From Macrostomum hystrix (taxonomy: Eukaryota; Animalia; Platyhelminthes), in NCBI GenBank assembly GCA_950097015.1, contig CATNEN010000001.1, positions 25,234,001-25,298,000 on the forward strand: a stretch of 64,000 nt of DNA. Reading direction: 5' to 3'. Position 1 is the stretch's first letter; every line of letters begins with the position of its first letter. The translations under genes were made by a program, and so were the position numbers. Below the pieces are notes generated by a model. It saw only the letters and a list, made by a program, of their open reading frames with translations. It was not told the origin of the DNA and made no database searches. Positions 1 through 14,267 of this stretch are shown piece after piece.

Positions 1-1496
1 GAACTATTTATAATCAAGATCAAAAATTAGAATGCAAGTATTGACATTCTTACGTGGAGAATATTGACAAGGACATTTACAGGTGTAATAAATATTACGA
101 TGTAACAATTACGAGCTGGGAATTTAAATTAAGTCTAATATTTTCCAAGAAAACCCAAACGGTGACATTTTAAGGTGTGGTGCATAATACATTTCGTTCT
201 CCGTGTTTTTTACTTGTACTGCTGCTACCTCACAATTGCATGCACTTAATTAAGGGTCATGGTTAAAAACTAAATACCAGGCCTACGTTTCTTTTTAGTA
301 TGTATTTCTCAAACTAAAAATATTGTAATTGAAATATGCCTGTCAGTCTAAAAACAAAAAAATTAAATGATGGAAGCTATATAGAAAAGTATATCTGTAT
401 GCTTGGACACTGTTTTAAACAACTTTTGCATGTTCTAATCCATAATCTCGAAGGTAGTTCATGCCCACGAGCTATAATACTTAATAAGTTAATATCACCT
501 ATAATTTTATTACTTTAGACAACTTACACCAGGCCTTATGCTATGCCTAACTAGTACTTTCCAGTAATGACTTACAATGGCTATACTAATGTTGGCCAAT
601 GCACTTGTTTAGGAAATTATCGTGTAGAATGTAATGTAGACCTGGGCCCCAATTTAAGATTCACATAGGCTTGATTAGAACTTTCCTAGGAATGTGTTAT
701 AATTCAGTTTGAATATTGACTAACCATCTCTAGGCTAGAACTGCCCAACCAACCTAAGGATAATTTGGTAACAGACATTTTGGTAGCAAAACAGGTACAT
801 TTAGGTAACACTGTGCATTTTGGTAACATCCTATATGCTTATTTGGCAATGACATCCTAGCTCGTATATGCTTTAAAGGGAAATCTCAACTATGTGCTTC
901 ACTAGGCCTAGAGCAATTGGCTCCATAATTTGGATTACTTATTTTTTTAGCTACCTATCAATACTATTTGGCTAAATATAGTCTTGTAGACAAGATACAA
1001 TTTGAATTTGTCCCAGCTTATAATTTGTATTTATCATATTTTCAGTCTTATAATTGGGGATGTTTCTTATCTGGCCAATTCAAATATCTGTTTTTAATCT
1101 AAATTGCTATATGTAACAATAATTTATGCTTTATAAGCTATTTATTGGCATACACATCTGTTACATAGTCCAGCAGTACATTATATCATTTTATTATTGT
1201 CTAAAATAAAATGTTGTCATACTCATAAGCATGAGCACTCTGCTACATTTTTCTGACCATGGTTTAATAAGTGAACTTTTAATTATAAAAAACATTCCTT
1301 TTATAATAATAGTAAATAAACAATTTCAGAAACTTTTTAAAAGCCTTAAATATATGAAATTTACCCTTGACACTTCACTAAAATTTTTATTTTTTTATTT
1401 TGTATGTATTGATTATAATATATATATATATAATCAATCAATATAATTGAGTATAAAATTGGAGTTATGCCTGTTATAATTTCAGAGCTAACAAAT

Positions 1497-1610
1497 TACC
1501 CACCAAGGCTATCTGCTATTACCCACCCAGCCTATCAGCTATTACCCACCCAGCCCATCAGCTATTACCCACCCAGCCCATCAGCCATTACCCACATGAA
1601 CCATCAGCTA
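1497..1610. repeat. Short ~23-bp tandem repeat
   Basis: ATTACCCACCCAGCCCATCAGCT, 4-5 copies. Confidence 0.75.
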
Positions 1611-1834
1611 TGACCTATTCCAGCACTTGAATAATTTTCCTAGAGCTATTTATCATTTTTTCATTAATTTCAGTGCTGTGTTGGCAAGGCTGTGCTATTT
1701 AAACAAAGACTTCTGGCCTAAACAAACAGTTTTTGTTATTTCTAATTTGCATCTCGACGCGCGCATGACTGGCTCAATCAGACTCAATCTAGCTTAGGAT
1801 TCACTAGGAGCCTTGCCACAGACAGACTTCACCG

Positions 1835-4800
1835 ATGGCCGCGGCAGCCATCGCCGCCGCAGAAGCAGCCGCGGCAGACGTTGAGAGGCGAGAAATTGTT
1901 GCTCGCTACGACGCCGGTCCGAGCCGGCCAGACCGCGAGGCGGAGGAGGGCCCGGACCCGGTGTACTCAGCCAGTCAGCTCGACCATTTCGGCTTCTTCC
2001 ACCGCAATGGCATACCGCCAGAGGTGCTGGCAGCAGAGGAGCGAATTAAACAGGCGGACAGGAAGCGCGAAGCCAAATGGCACCGGATGCTGGTGCCGAC
2101 CAACTTGACTGGGTCCGACAGTGCCTCTAGGTTCGCCAAGTGGGACAAAGTGTGCAGCCGCAGCAGCTCCGGGGAACTCAAGTTCAGCTTGAAGTTTGCG
2201 AGGCGCGTGTTCAAGGTTAGTGAAGCTCCTTTGTTAATTCTCAGTCCAAGGCAAAACTATTGGGATCCTTAAAGCACGACACTTTTTAATTAGTCTGTGA
2301 ACAGCTGTTCGCCATTCTACTCCCCTTCTGCGTCTTTCTACCCCCTTCTGCGTCTTTCTACCCCCTTCTGCGTCTTTCTACCCCCTTCTGCGTCTTTCTA
2401 CCCCCTTCTGCGTCTTTCTACCCCCTTCTGTGTTCTTCTATACCCTTCTGTGTCTTTCTACCACCTGTGTCTTTCTATCCCCTTCTGTGTCTTTCTACCA
2501 CCTTCTGTGTCTTTCTACCACCTTCTGTGTCTTTCTACCCTCTTCTGGGTCTTTCTACCCCCTTCTGCGTCTTTCTACCCCCTTCTGCGTCTTTCTACCC
2601 CCTTCTGTGTTCTTCTATACCCTTCTGTGTCTTCCTACCACCTGTGTCTTTCTATCCCCTTCTGTGTCTTTCTACCACCTTCTGTGTCTTTCTACCCTCT
2701 TCTGCGTCTTTCTACCCCTTCTGCGTCTTTCTACCCCCTTATGTGTCTTTCTATACCCTTCTGTATTATGTACCGATTCCACTAGAACAATATGCGTCCT
2801 TTTAGTAAGACGCTCAACTCTGTATTGCTTCAGTTCAATCAGCTGTTAAATGGGTACCAGCATCAGCTGGGGTGGTTGAGGGAGGATGTGGCGTTCCTCA
2901 AGTCCATGGACTGAACAGCTTAGACTGTACGCAATATTTGAATCGGGGCAGGTTTATTCTATCCTTCTTATTATTGCATCTTCTCTCCCATTTCCACTGT
3001 CAGAACTTGATCCTCTAAATAAGCCATCCTACCCCGCTAACCCAGGGCGTGCCGGAGAAGTACCGGTACCCAGTCTGGTACGAGCTGCTCTGCATAGACG
3101 ATGCTCGTTCTAAAAGCGGCGTCAGCTACTCCGAGGTGCTGCGCTTCGCCCGACTGCGCTCGCCTGATGTGCGGCAGATCGACTTGGACGTGAATCGCAC
3201 CTACAGGAATACGGATTACTACAGGGTCCGCTATAATCCCAGGTTTGTTGGATTATCTCAGATGGATTAACCGATGGATGGACTTCTGGATATGTATTTT
3301 TTCGCTTTTTACTGAAATTTGCTAGCTTTGAAGTACCAGACGCATTTTTATAGTGATGTCCCTTAAGCTCCGAGTCTTGAAGTCCATGGCGATACTGAAT
3401 CTTAAAGTCCATGGCGATGCTGAATCTTGAAGTCCAAGGCGATACTGAATCTTGAAGTCCATGGCGATACTGAATCTTGAAGTCCAAGGCGATACTGAAT
3501 CTTGAAGTCCAAGGCGATACTGAATCTTGAAGTTCATGGCGATACTGAATCTTGAAGTTCATGGCGATACTGAATCTTGAAGTCCCTGGCGATACTGAAT
3601 CTTGAAGTCCCTGGCGATACTGAATCTTGAAGTCCAAGGCGATACTGAATCTTGAAGTCCAAGGCGATACTGAATCTTGAAGTTCATGGCGATACTGAAT
3701 CTTGAAGTCCCTGGCGATACTGAATCTTGAAGTCCCTGGCGATACTGAATCTTGAAGTCCAAGGCGATACTGAATCTTGAAGTCCAAGGCGATACTGAAT
3801 CTTGAAGTCCAAGGCGATACTGAATCTTGAAGTTCATGGCGATACTGAATCTTGAAGTTCATGGCGATACTGAATCTTGAAGTCCAAGGCGATACTGAAT
3901 CTTGAAGTCCAAGGCGATACTGAATCTTGAAGTTCATGGCGATACTGAAGTCCCAGGTCCCTGTGCGTCAGACGCTACTGGTCTAGGTGCCATTTTTCCA
4001 GTTTATTCCCTTCAGCAAAGTTGTTACGATGGATCACAAATGAACCCCAACCGCCTGCAGGCAGCGGGTACTCTTCAACGTTCTCGTGGCCTACAGCATG
4101 TACAACATCGACGTCGGCTACTGTCAGGGCATGAGCCAGCTGGCTGCCTTCCTTCTGCTCTATTTCAACGACGAAGAGGAGACTTTCTACGCGCTGTCGC
4201 AGCTTTTCACAGACAGCAAGCACGCCATGCACGGCCTGTTCATTCCCTCATTTCCCAAGCTGTACCGCTACATTGAGCTCTACCAGCAGTGCCTGAAAAA
4301 ATTCCTATCCAAAGTGGACAGGCATGTGCACAGCAAGCACTGTGTGCCAGTCACCGCCTACACTGTCAAATGGTTTATGCAGGTGAGCTGTGCAATTTTT
4401 ACATTTCTGATGACTTTAATTCACCTGTATTAACCTCATCCCAGTTCTCATTTCTCACACTCTCAACTCATCCCAGTTCCCATTTCTCACACTCTCAACT
4501 CATCCCTGTTCCCATTTCTCACACTCTCAACTCATCCCAGTTCCCATTTCTCACACTCTCAACTCATCCCTGTTCCCATTTCTCACACTCTCAACTCATC
4601 CCACTTCCCATTTCTCACACTCTCAACTCATCCCAGTTCCCATTTCTCACACTCTCAACTCATCCCACTTCCCATTTCTCACACTCTCAACTCATCCCAG
4701 TTCCCATTTCTCACACTCTCAACTCATCCCAGTTCTCATTTCTCACACTCTCAACTCATCCCAGTTCCCATTTCTCACACTCTCAACTCATCCCAGTTCT

Positions 4801-7800
4801 CATTTCTCACACTCTCAACTCATCCCAGTTCCCATTTCTCACACTCTCAACTCATCCCACTTCCCATTTCTCACACTCTCAACTCATCCCAGTTCCCATT
4901 TCTCACACTCTCAACTCATCCCAGTTCTCATTTCTCACACTCTCAACTCATCCCAGTTCTCATTTCAAAAACTCAACTCATCCCAGTTCTCATTTCTAGC
5001 ACTCTCAACTCATCCCAGTTCCCATTTCTCACACTCTCAACTCATCCCAGTTCTCATTTCTAGCACTCTCAACTCATCCCAGTTCCCATTTCTCACACTC
5101 TCAACTCATCCCACTTCCCATTTCTCACACTCTCAACTCATCCCAGTTCCCATTTCTCACACTCTCAACTCATCCCAGTTCCCATTTCTCACACTCTCAA
5201 CTCATCCCAGTTCCCATTTCTCACACTCTCAACTCATCCCTGTTCCCATTTCTCACACTCTCAACTCATCCCACTTCCCATTTCTCACACTCTCAACTCA
5301 TCCCAGTTCCCATTTCTCACACTCTCAACTCATCCCACTTCCCATTTCTCACACTCTCAACTCATCCCAGTTCTCATTTCTAGCACTCTCAACTCATCCC
5401 AGTTCCCATTTCTCACACTCTCAACTCATCCCACTTCCCATTTCTCACACTCTCAACTCATCCCAGTTCCCATTTCTCACACTCTCAACTCATCCCAGTT
5501 CCCATTTCTCACACTCTCAACTCATCCCAGTTCTCATTTCTCACACTCTCAACTCATCCCAGTTCCCATTTCTCACACTCTCAACTCATCCCAGTTCCCA
5601 TTTCTCACACTCTCAACTCATCCCTGTTCCCATTTCTCACACTCTCAACTCATCCCACTTCCCATTTCTCACACTCTCAACTCATCCCAGTTCTCATTTC
5701 TAGCACTCTCAACTCATCCCTGTTCCCATTTCTCACACTCTCAACTCATCCCAGTTCTCATTTCTCACACTCTCAACGCATCCCAGTTCTCATTTCTAGC
5801 ACTCTCAACTCATCCCTGTTCCCATTTCTCACACTCTCAACTCATCCCACTTCCCATTTCTCACACTCTCAACTCATCCCAGTTCTCATTTCTCACACTC
5901 TCAACTCATATCGTTCTGATTTGTCACCATTTCAAACCCTGATAAATGGTCAACAATGTCAGAACATTAATCGGCAAAATGGTTCGCATGGGCTGTCATT
6001 CGGATGTACTTTTATCTCAGGCCTCATTGGCCCATTGTTGCTAGCTGTTCGCCTTTAACTGCAGTTGGTACATTTCTATGTTTCTTTACCACTACAAATG
6101 AGGCACAGATTCTGGGGCACATTTACTATCTGTTTAGACATAGCCTTCACTTTTTGAACTATCAAAATTTCAATCTTATTTTAGCATTCATATTCTGCGC
6201 GCACAGTTTTTACCTGTTTAGATTAGTTAACAAACGACGGCTTTGGTATGAAGCCGACTAAATTTATACTGTGGTGTAAGCTGTGTACTGTGTGGCAATG
6301 ACTACGAAATAGTAAATACAGATATAATCTAATACTGTTGTAGTTAAAAATTAATAAGTTATATCGTTCAAAGCAGCTGGTTATTGATAAATGTCTGTTC
6401 AAAATGGCAGGTCGTTGATAAATGTCTGTTCAAAATGACAGGCCATTAATAGATTGCTGTTCAAAATGGCAGGTCATTGATCGATTGCTGTTCAAAATGG
6501 AAGGTCATTGATCGATCGCTGTTCAAAATGGAAGGTCATTGATCGATCGCTGTTCAAAATGGCAGGTCATTGATCGATCGCTGTTCAAAATGGCAGGTCA
6601 TTGATCGATCGCTGTTCAAAATGGCAGGTCATTGACACTGCAGACAGCAGATGAGACATTACAGACAGCAGATGAGACACTGCAGACAGCAGATGAGACA
6701 CTGCAGATAGCAAATGAGACACTGCAGACAGCAGATGAGACACTGCAGATAGCAAATGAGACACTGCAGACAGCAGATGAGACACTGCAGACAGCAGATG
6801 AGACACTGCAGATAGCAAATGAGACACTGCAGACAGCAGATGAGACACTGCAGACAGCAGATGAGACACTGCAGACAGCAGATGAGACATTACAGATAGC
6901 AGATGAGACACAGCAGACAGCAGATGAGACACTGCAGACAGCAGATGAGACATTACAGACAGCAGATGAGACATTACACACAGCAGATGAGACACTGCAG
7001 ACAGCAGATGAGACACTGCAGACAGCAGATAGCAGATGAGACATTACACCTTATTCTGTCTGGTACCCATTTTACCGAACTGTGAAGTGACGCAGCTACG
7101 AAACTTTTAAGTTTTCCGCTTGTTTCTGGGTTGAGATATGAACTCCTGACCTCCCGTTAAAGCATAATTTTACCCATTTGCGCATGCAGGTGTTTCTAGA
7201 CTGCGTGCCATTCTCCCTGGCCATCCGGGTGTGGGATGTGTTCATGGCAGTCGGCGAGCCGGCGGTTGTCGGCATGGCCCTGAACATCATGCGGCTTCAT
7301 TCTCGACGAATTCTGAAGCTGCGCTCCGACGAAGAGCTGCTTCACTACTTTGGCCAGGTGCTGCCTAGTGACTACAGCTACAGCGAGGATGAGGTGCTGG
7401 ACGGCCTCAGGGACTGCCTGGCCGACATGCGAGCCGCGTCTCTCATGCCGGGCCGGAGTCTCGAAGCGGAGCTGCCAAAGACGCCGTTCTCATTTGAGCC
7501 CGGGCACCGCCTGGACGAGTCCGTGGTTGAGCAGCGGAGGGCGTCGCAGAACAATGTGCAGTCCGTCCTGCGCAGGTCTCTGCAGAGAAGGATGAGTCCG
7601 CCCACTGGGTGAGTCGGGCTGTGCCTGCTTACTGATTTCTGAGCACCTTATCTAGGGGTGAGTGGCAGAGCGGATAACGCATTTAACCCTCGCACCAAGG
7701 TCCCTGAGCTCGATTCCGCGGCGAGGCCACATTAAATTTGGGGCGCAGCCGCGAAGAGAAGGCTTGGGGGCTTGTCGTGCAATTTACACCCATGAAGGCC

Positions 7801-10800
7801 AACCCCCAATGCACTGTGAAGTGTAATCTGGCTGAAGATGAGAAAGTCAGGGCAGGTGTACACACCTGTGTGAGCGTGTGCCTGCGTACGGTATCTGTGT
7901 GCGTGTGTGCCCAGAAGCCAGTGAAATGGGCAGAATTGCCTCCTCGCTGGCTGCGGGTCTAGCGTCACCGAATGATGTGCCACTGCCTGCAGCCCTCCTG
8001 AAAGGATTAGAACTTATTGTTATTATTAAGGGTGCGATTTCAGATTTATTAGTCGATGATTAAGATTTTTGATTCTCCTATCGACGGGTGAGATTTGTAT
8101 GAGCTTATCTAATCTAGAGTAAGATTTGAGATTCCCAAATAAATAATTATGATTAAAAATTATGGAATCTATAGGTGGGATTAAAAAATAATTTTTTGGG
8201 GATAATAATTGGTATCGAGTTATTATCGAATTATTACGGGATAAGACATTAGATTAGATTAGATAATATTACCTTAGGTAGATAATGATTCTATCATAAA
8301 AGGTGAGATTCGAGATTCCATGATTCCATTGTGGTATGAGATTTGAGATTCTATGATTCCATTGTGGGATGGGATTTGAGATTCTATGATTCCATTGTGG
8401 GATGAGATTTAAGATTCTATGATTCCATTGTGGGATGGGATTTGAGATTCTCTGATTCCATTGTGGGATGGGATTTGAGATTCTGTGATTCCATTGTGGG
8501 ATGAGATTTGAGATTCTCTGATTCCATTGTGGGATGGGATTTGAGATTCTATGATTCCATTGTGCGATGGGATTTGAGATTCTATGATTCCATTGTGGGA
8601 TGAGATTTGAGATTCTATGATTCCATTGTGGGATGAGATTTGAGATTCTATGATTCCATTGTGGGATGAGATTTGAGATTCTATGATTCCATTGTGGGAT
8701 GGGATTTGAGATTCTATGATTCCATTGTGGGATGAGATTTGAGATTCTATGATTCCATTGTGGTATGGGATTTGAGATTCTATGATTCCATTGTGGTATG
8801 GGATTTGAGATTCTATGATTCCATTGTGGTATGGGATTTGAGATTCTATGATTCCATTGTGGGATGAGATTTGAGATTCTATGATTCCATTGTGGGATGA
8901 GATTTGAGATTCTATGATTCCATTGTGGGATGAGATTTGAGATTCTATGATTCCATTGTGGGATGGGATTTGAGATTCTATGATTCCATTGTGGGATGAG
9001 ATTTGAGATTCTATGATTCCATTGTGGGATGAGATTTGAGATTCTATGATTCCATTGTGGGATGGGATATGAGATTCTATGATTCCATTGTGGGATGGGA
9101 TTTGAGATTCTATGATTCCATTGTGGGATGAGATTTGAGATTCTATGATTCCATTGTGGTATGGGATTTGAGATTCTATGATTCCATTGTGGGATGAGAT
9201 TTGAGATTCTCTGATTCCATTGTGGTATGAGATTTGAGATTCTATGATTCCATTGTGGGATGGGATTTGAGATTCTATGATTCCATTGTGGGATGAGATT
9301 TGAGATTCTATGATTCCATTGTGGGATGAGATTTAAGATTCTATGATTCCATTGTGGGATGGGATTTGAGATTCTATGATTCCATTGTGGGATGAGATTT
9401 GAGATTCTATGATTCCATTGTGGGATGGGATTTGAGATTCTATGATTCCATTGTGGGATGGGATTTGAGATTCTCTGATTCCATTGTGGGATGGGATTTG
9501 AGATTCTATGATTCCATTGTGGGATGGGATTTGAGATTCTATGATTCCATTGTGGTATGGGATTTGAGATTCTATGATTCCATTGTGGGATGAGATTTGA
9601 GATTCTATGATTCCATTGTGGGATGAGATTTGAGATTCTATGATTCCATTGTGGTATGGGATTTGAGATTCTATGATTCCATTGTGGGATGAGATTTGAG
9701 ATTCTGTGATTCCATTGTGGTATGGGATTTGAGATTCTATGACTCCATTGTGGTATGGGATTTGAGATTCTATGATTCCATTGTGGGATGGGATTTGAGA
9801 TTCTATGATTCCATTGTGGGATGAGATTTGAGATTCTCTGATTCCATTGTGGGATGGGATTTGAGATTCTATGATTCCATTGTGGGATGAGATTTGAGAT
9901 TCTATGATTCCATTGTGGTATGGGATTTGAGATTCTATGATTCCATTGTGGTATGGGATTTGAGATTCTATGATTCCATTGTGGGATGAGATTTGAGATT
10001 CTATGATTCCATTGTGGGATGGGATTTGAGATTCTATGATTCCATTGTGGGATGAGATTTGAGATTCTATGATTCCATTGTGGGATGGGATTTGAGATTC
10101 TATGATTCCATTGTGGGATGAGATTTGAGATTCTATGATTCCATTGTGGTATGAGATTTGAGATTCTATGATTCCATTGTGGGATGGGATTTGAGATTCT
10201 ATGATTCCATTGTGGGATGAGATTTGAGATTCTATGATTCCATTGTGGGATGAGATTTAAGATTCTATGATTCCATTGTGGGATGGGATTTGAGATTCTA
10301 TGATTCCATTGTGGGATGGGATTTGAGATTCTCTGATTCCATTGTGGGATGAGATTTGAGATTCTATGATTCCATTGTGGGATGAGATTTGAGATTCTAT
10401 GATTCCATTGTGGTATGGGATTTGAGATTCTATGATTCCATTGTGGGATGAGATTTGAGATTCTATGATTCCATTGTGGGATGAGATTTGAGATTCTATG
10501 ATTCCATTGTGGGATGAGATTTGAGATTCTATGATTCCATTGTGGGATGAGATTTGAGATTCTATGATTCCATTGTGGGATGAGATTTGAGATTCTATGA
10601 TTCCATTGTGGTATGGGATTTGAGATTCTATGATTCCATTGTGGGATGAGATTTGAGATTCTATGATTCCATTGTGGTATGGGATTTGAGATTCTATGAT
10701 TCCATTGTGGGATGAGATTTGAGATTCTATGATTCCATTGTGGGATGAGATTTGAGATTCTATGATTCCATTGTGGTATGGGATTTGAGATTCTATGATT

Positions 10801-13800
10801 CCATTGTGGGATGAGATTTGAGATTCTATGATTCCATTGTGGGATGAGATTTGAGATTCTATGATTCCATTGTGGGATGAGATTTGAGATTCTATGATTC
10901 CATTGTGGGATGAGATTTGAGATTCTATGATTCCATTGTGGGATGGGATTTGAGATTCTATGATTCCATTGTGGGATGGGATTTGAGATTCTATGATTCC
11001 ATTGTGGGATGAGATTTGAGATTCTATGATTCCATTGTGGGATGGGATTTGAGATTCTATGATTCCATTGTGGTATGGGATTTGAGATTCTATGATTCCA
11101 TTGTGGGATGAGATTTGAGATTCTATGATTCCATTGTGGGATGAGATTCAAGATTCTATGATTCCATTGTGGGATGAGATTTGAGATTCTATGATTCCAT
11201 TGTGGGATGAGATTTGAGATTCTATGATTCCATTGTGGGATGAGATTTGAGATTCTATGATTCCATTGTGGTATGGGATTTGAGATTCTATGATTCCATT
11301 GTGGGATGAGATTTGAGATTCTATGATTCCATTGTGGGATGGGATTTGAGATTCTATGATTCCATTGTGGGATGAGATTTGAGATTCTATGATTCCATTG
11401 TGGTATGGGATTTGAGATTCTATGATTCCATTGTGAGATGGGATTTGAGATTCTATGATTCCATTGTGGTATGGGATTTGAGATTCTATGATTCCATTGT
11501 GGGATGAGATTTGAGATTCTTTGATTCCATTGTGGGATGAGATTTGAGATTCTATGATTCCATTGTGGGATGGGATTTGAGATTCTATGATTCCATTGTG
11601 GTATGAGATTTGAGATTCTATGATTCCATTGTGGGATGAGATTTGAGATTCTATGATTCCATTGTGGGATGAGATTTGAGATTCTATGATTCCATTGTGG
11701 GATGGGATTTGAGATTCTGTGATTCCATTGTGGGATGAGATTTGAGATTCTAAGATTCCATTGTGGGATGAGATTTGAGATTCTAGGATTCCATTGTGGT
11801 ATGGGATTTGAGATTCTATGATTCCATTGTGGGATGGGATTTGAGATTCTATGATTCCATTGTGGGATGAGATTTGAGATTCTATGATTCCATTGTGGTA
11901 TGGGATTTGAGATTCTATGATTCCATTGTGGGATGAGATTTGAGATTCTATGATTCCATTGTGGTATGGGATTTGAGATTCTATGATTCCATTGTGGGAT
12001 GGGATTTGAGATTCTATGATTCCATTGTGGTATGGGATTTGAGATTCTATGATTCCATTGTGGTATGAGATTTGAGATTCTATGATTCCATTGTGGGATG
12101 GGATTTGAGATTCTATGATTCCATTGTGGTATGAGATTTGAGATTCTGTTATTCCATTGTGGGATGGGATTTGAGATTCTATGATTCCATTGTGGTATGG
12201 GATTTGAGATTCTATGATTCCATTGTGGGATGGGATTTGAGATTCTATGATTCCATTGTGGGATGGGATTTGAGATTCTATGATTCCATTGTGGGATGAG
12301 ATTTGAGATTCTATGATTCCATTGTGGGATGGGATTTGAGATTCTATGATTCCATTGTGGGATGAGATTTGAGATTCTATGATTCCATTGTGGGATGAGA
12401 TTTGAGATTCTATGATTCCATTGTGGGATGGGATTTGAGATTCTATGATTCCATTGTGGGATGGGATTTGAGATTCTATGATTCCATTGTGGGATGAGAT
12501 TTGAGATTCTATGATTCCATTGTGGGATGAGATTTGAGATTCTATGATTCCATTGTGGGATGAGATTTGAGATTCTATGATTCCATTGTGGGATGAGATT
12601 TGAGATTCTATGATTCCATTGTGGGATGAGATTTGAGATTCTATGATTCCATTGTGGGATGAGATTTGAGATTCTATGATTCCATTGTGGGATGGGATTT
12701 GAGATTCTATGATTCCATTGTGGGATGGGATTTGAGATTCTATGATTCCATTGTGGGATGGGATATGAGATTCTATGATTCCATTGTGGGATGGGATTTG
12801 AGATTCTATGATTCCATTGTGGGATGGGATATGAGATTCTATGATTCCATTGTGGGATGGGATTTGAGATTCTATGATTCCATTGTGGGATGAGATTTGA
12901 GATTCTATGATTCCATTGTGGGATGGGATTTGAGATTCTATGATTCCATTGTGGGATGGGATATGAGATTCTATGATTCCATTGTGGGATGGGATATGAG
13001 ATTCTATGATTCCATTGTGGGATGAGATTTGAGATTCTATGATTCCATTGTGGGATGAGATTTGAGATTCTATGATTCCATTGTGGGATGGGATTTGAGA
13101 TTCTATGATTCCATTGTGGGATGGGATTTGAGATTCTATGATTCCATTGTGGGATGGGATTTGAGATTCTCTGATTCCATTGTGGGATGGGATTTGAGAT
13201 TCTATGATTCCATTGTGGGATGGGATTTGAGATTCTCTGATTCCATTGTGGGATGGGATTTGAGATTCTATGATTCCATTGTGGGATGGGATTTGAGATT
13301 CTCTGATTCCATTGTGGGATGAGATTTGAGATTCTATGATTCCATTGTGGGATGGGATTTGAGATTCTATGATTCCATTGTGGGATGGGATTTGAGATTC
13401 TATGATTCCATTGTGGGATGAGATTTGAGATTCTATGATTCCATTGTGGTATGGGATTTGAGATTCTATGATTCCATTGTGGGATGGGATTTGAGATTCT
13501 ATGATTCCATTGTGGTATGGGATTTGAGATTCTATGATTCCATTGTGGTATGGGATTTGAGATTCTATGATTCCATTGTGGGATGAGATTTGAGATTCTC
13601 TGATTCCATTGTGGGATGAGATTTGAGATTCTATGATTCCATTGTGGTATGAGATTTGAGATTCTATGATTCCATTGTGGGATGGGATTTGAGATTCTAT
13701 GATTCCATTGTGGTATGAGATTTGAGATTCTATGATTCCATTGTGGGATGAGATTTGAGATTCTATGATTCCATTGTGGTATGAGATTTGAGATTCTATG

Positions 13801-14267
13801 ATTCCATTGTGGGATGGGATTTGAGATTCTATGATTCCATTGTGGGATGGGATTTGAGATTCTATGATTCCATTGTGGTATGAGATTTGAGATTCTATGA
13901 TTCCATTGTGGGATGAGATTTGAGATTCTGTGATTCCATTGTGGGATGGGATTTGAGATTCTAAGATTCCATTGTGGGATGGGATTTGAGATTCTATGAT
14001 TCCATTGTGGTAAGAAATCGCTGAGATTTCGAGTTCCCATTGTATTATTGTATTCGTGGCTCACTGGTTTGTTGCGGTGGAGAATGAACTGGCAGCAGTT
14101 TCCACCACCACACTTGCAGCTCTCCGTCGGGGAACAATGGTGAAGCTGCAGGCACCAATGGCTTCGCATCCCCTGTTGCTGCTGCTGCTGTTGCTAGCTC
14201 GGTCGGTATCGACCGAGACGCGTCGGTTGTTGCTACGGACTCAACCGTGGTTGTCACGGCCCTGTGA
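1835..14267 (+). CDS. USP6NL: TBC-domain Rab GTPase-activating protein, USP6NL/RN-tre-like; exons 1835-2215, 3046-3242, 4061-4382, 7190-7608, 14120-14267 (~488 aa)
   Basis: Phase-consistent GT-AG splicing gives RVFK|GVPEKYRYPVWYELL, the Arg finger IDLDVNRTYR, the Gln finger YNIDVGYCQGMSQ, and KWFMQ|VFLDCVPFSLAIRVWDVF, all characteristic of the RN-tre TBC subfamily. The last exon (14120-14267) is inferred from phase fit only; the alternative is a stop at 7612. Confidence 0.88.
2315..2765. repeat. 20-bp minisatellite (TBC intron 1)
   Basis: TTCTGCGTCTTTCTACCCCC units. Confidence 0.95.
2790..2960 (+). mobile_element. SINE family 3, 5'-truncated
   Basis: CAGCTGTTAAATGGGTACCAGCA...GTCCATGGACTGAACAGC...GGGGCAGGTTTA matches 58850-59045. 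Confidence 0.6.
3374..3950. repeat. 25-bp minisatellite (TBC intron 2)
   Basis: GATACTGAATCTTGAAGTCCAAGGC units. Confidence 0.95.
4434..5908. repeat. 32-bp minisatellite (TBC intron 3)
   Basis: CTCAACTCATCCCAGTTCCCATTTCTCACACT units. Confidence 0.95.
6380..7045. repeat. Abutting 31-bp and 21-bp minisatellites
   Basis: AAAATGGCAGGTCATTGATCGATCGCTGTTC to ~6634, then GACACTGCAGACAGCAGATGA. Confidence 0.95.
7655..8029 (+). mobile_element. tRNA-derived SINE family 2 (~350 bp, (TTA)n tail)
   Basis: A-box TGGCAGAGCGG and B-box GCTCGATTCC. The body is shared with copies at ~28160, ~38360, ~52430, ~57095 and ~50770. Confidence 0.8.
8303..14010. repeat. 5.7-kb 33-bp minisatellite (~170 units)
   Basis: GATTTGAGATTCTATGATTCCATTGTGGGATG(A/G), with constant unit length throughout. 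Confidence 0.97.

Noticed and set aside
8269-14169. 1966-aa ORF as a real gene
   Set aside because: It is a translation of a pure 33-bp satellite, antisense within a probable intron, with a non-ATG start and no unique domain.
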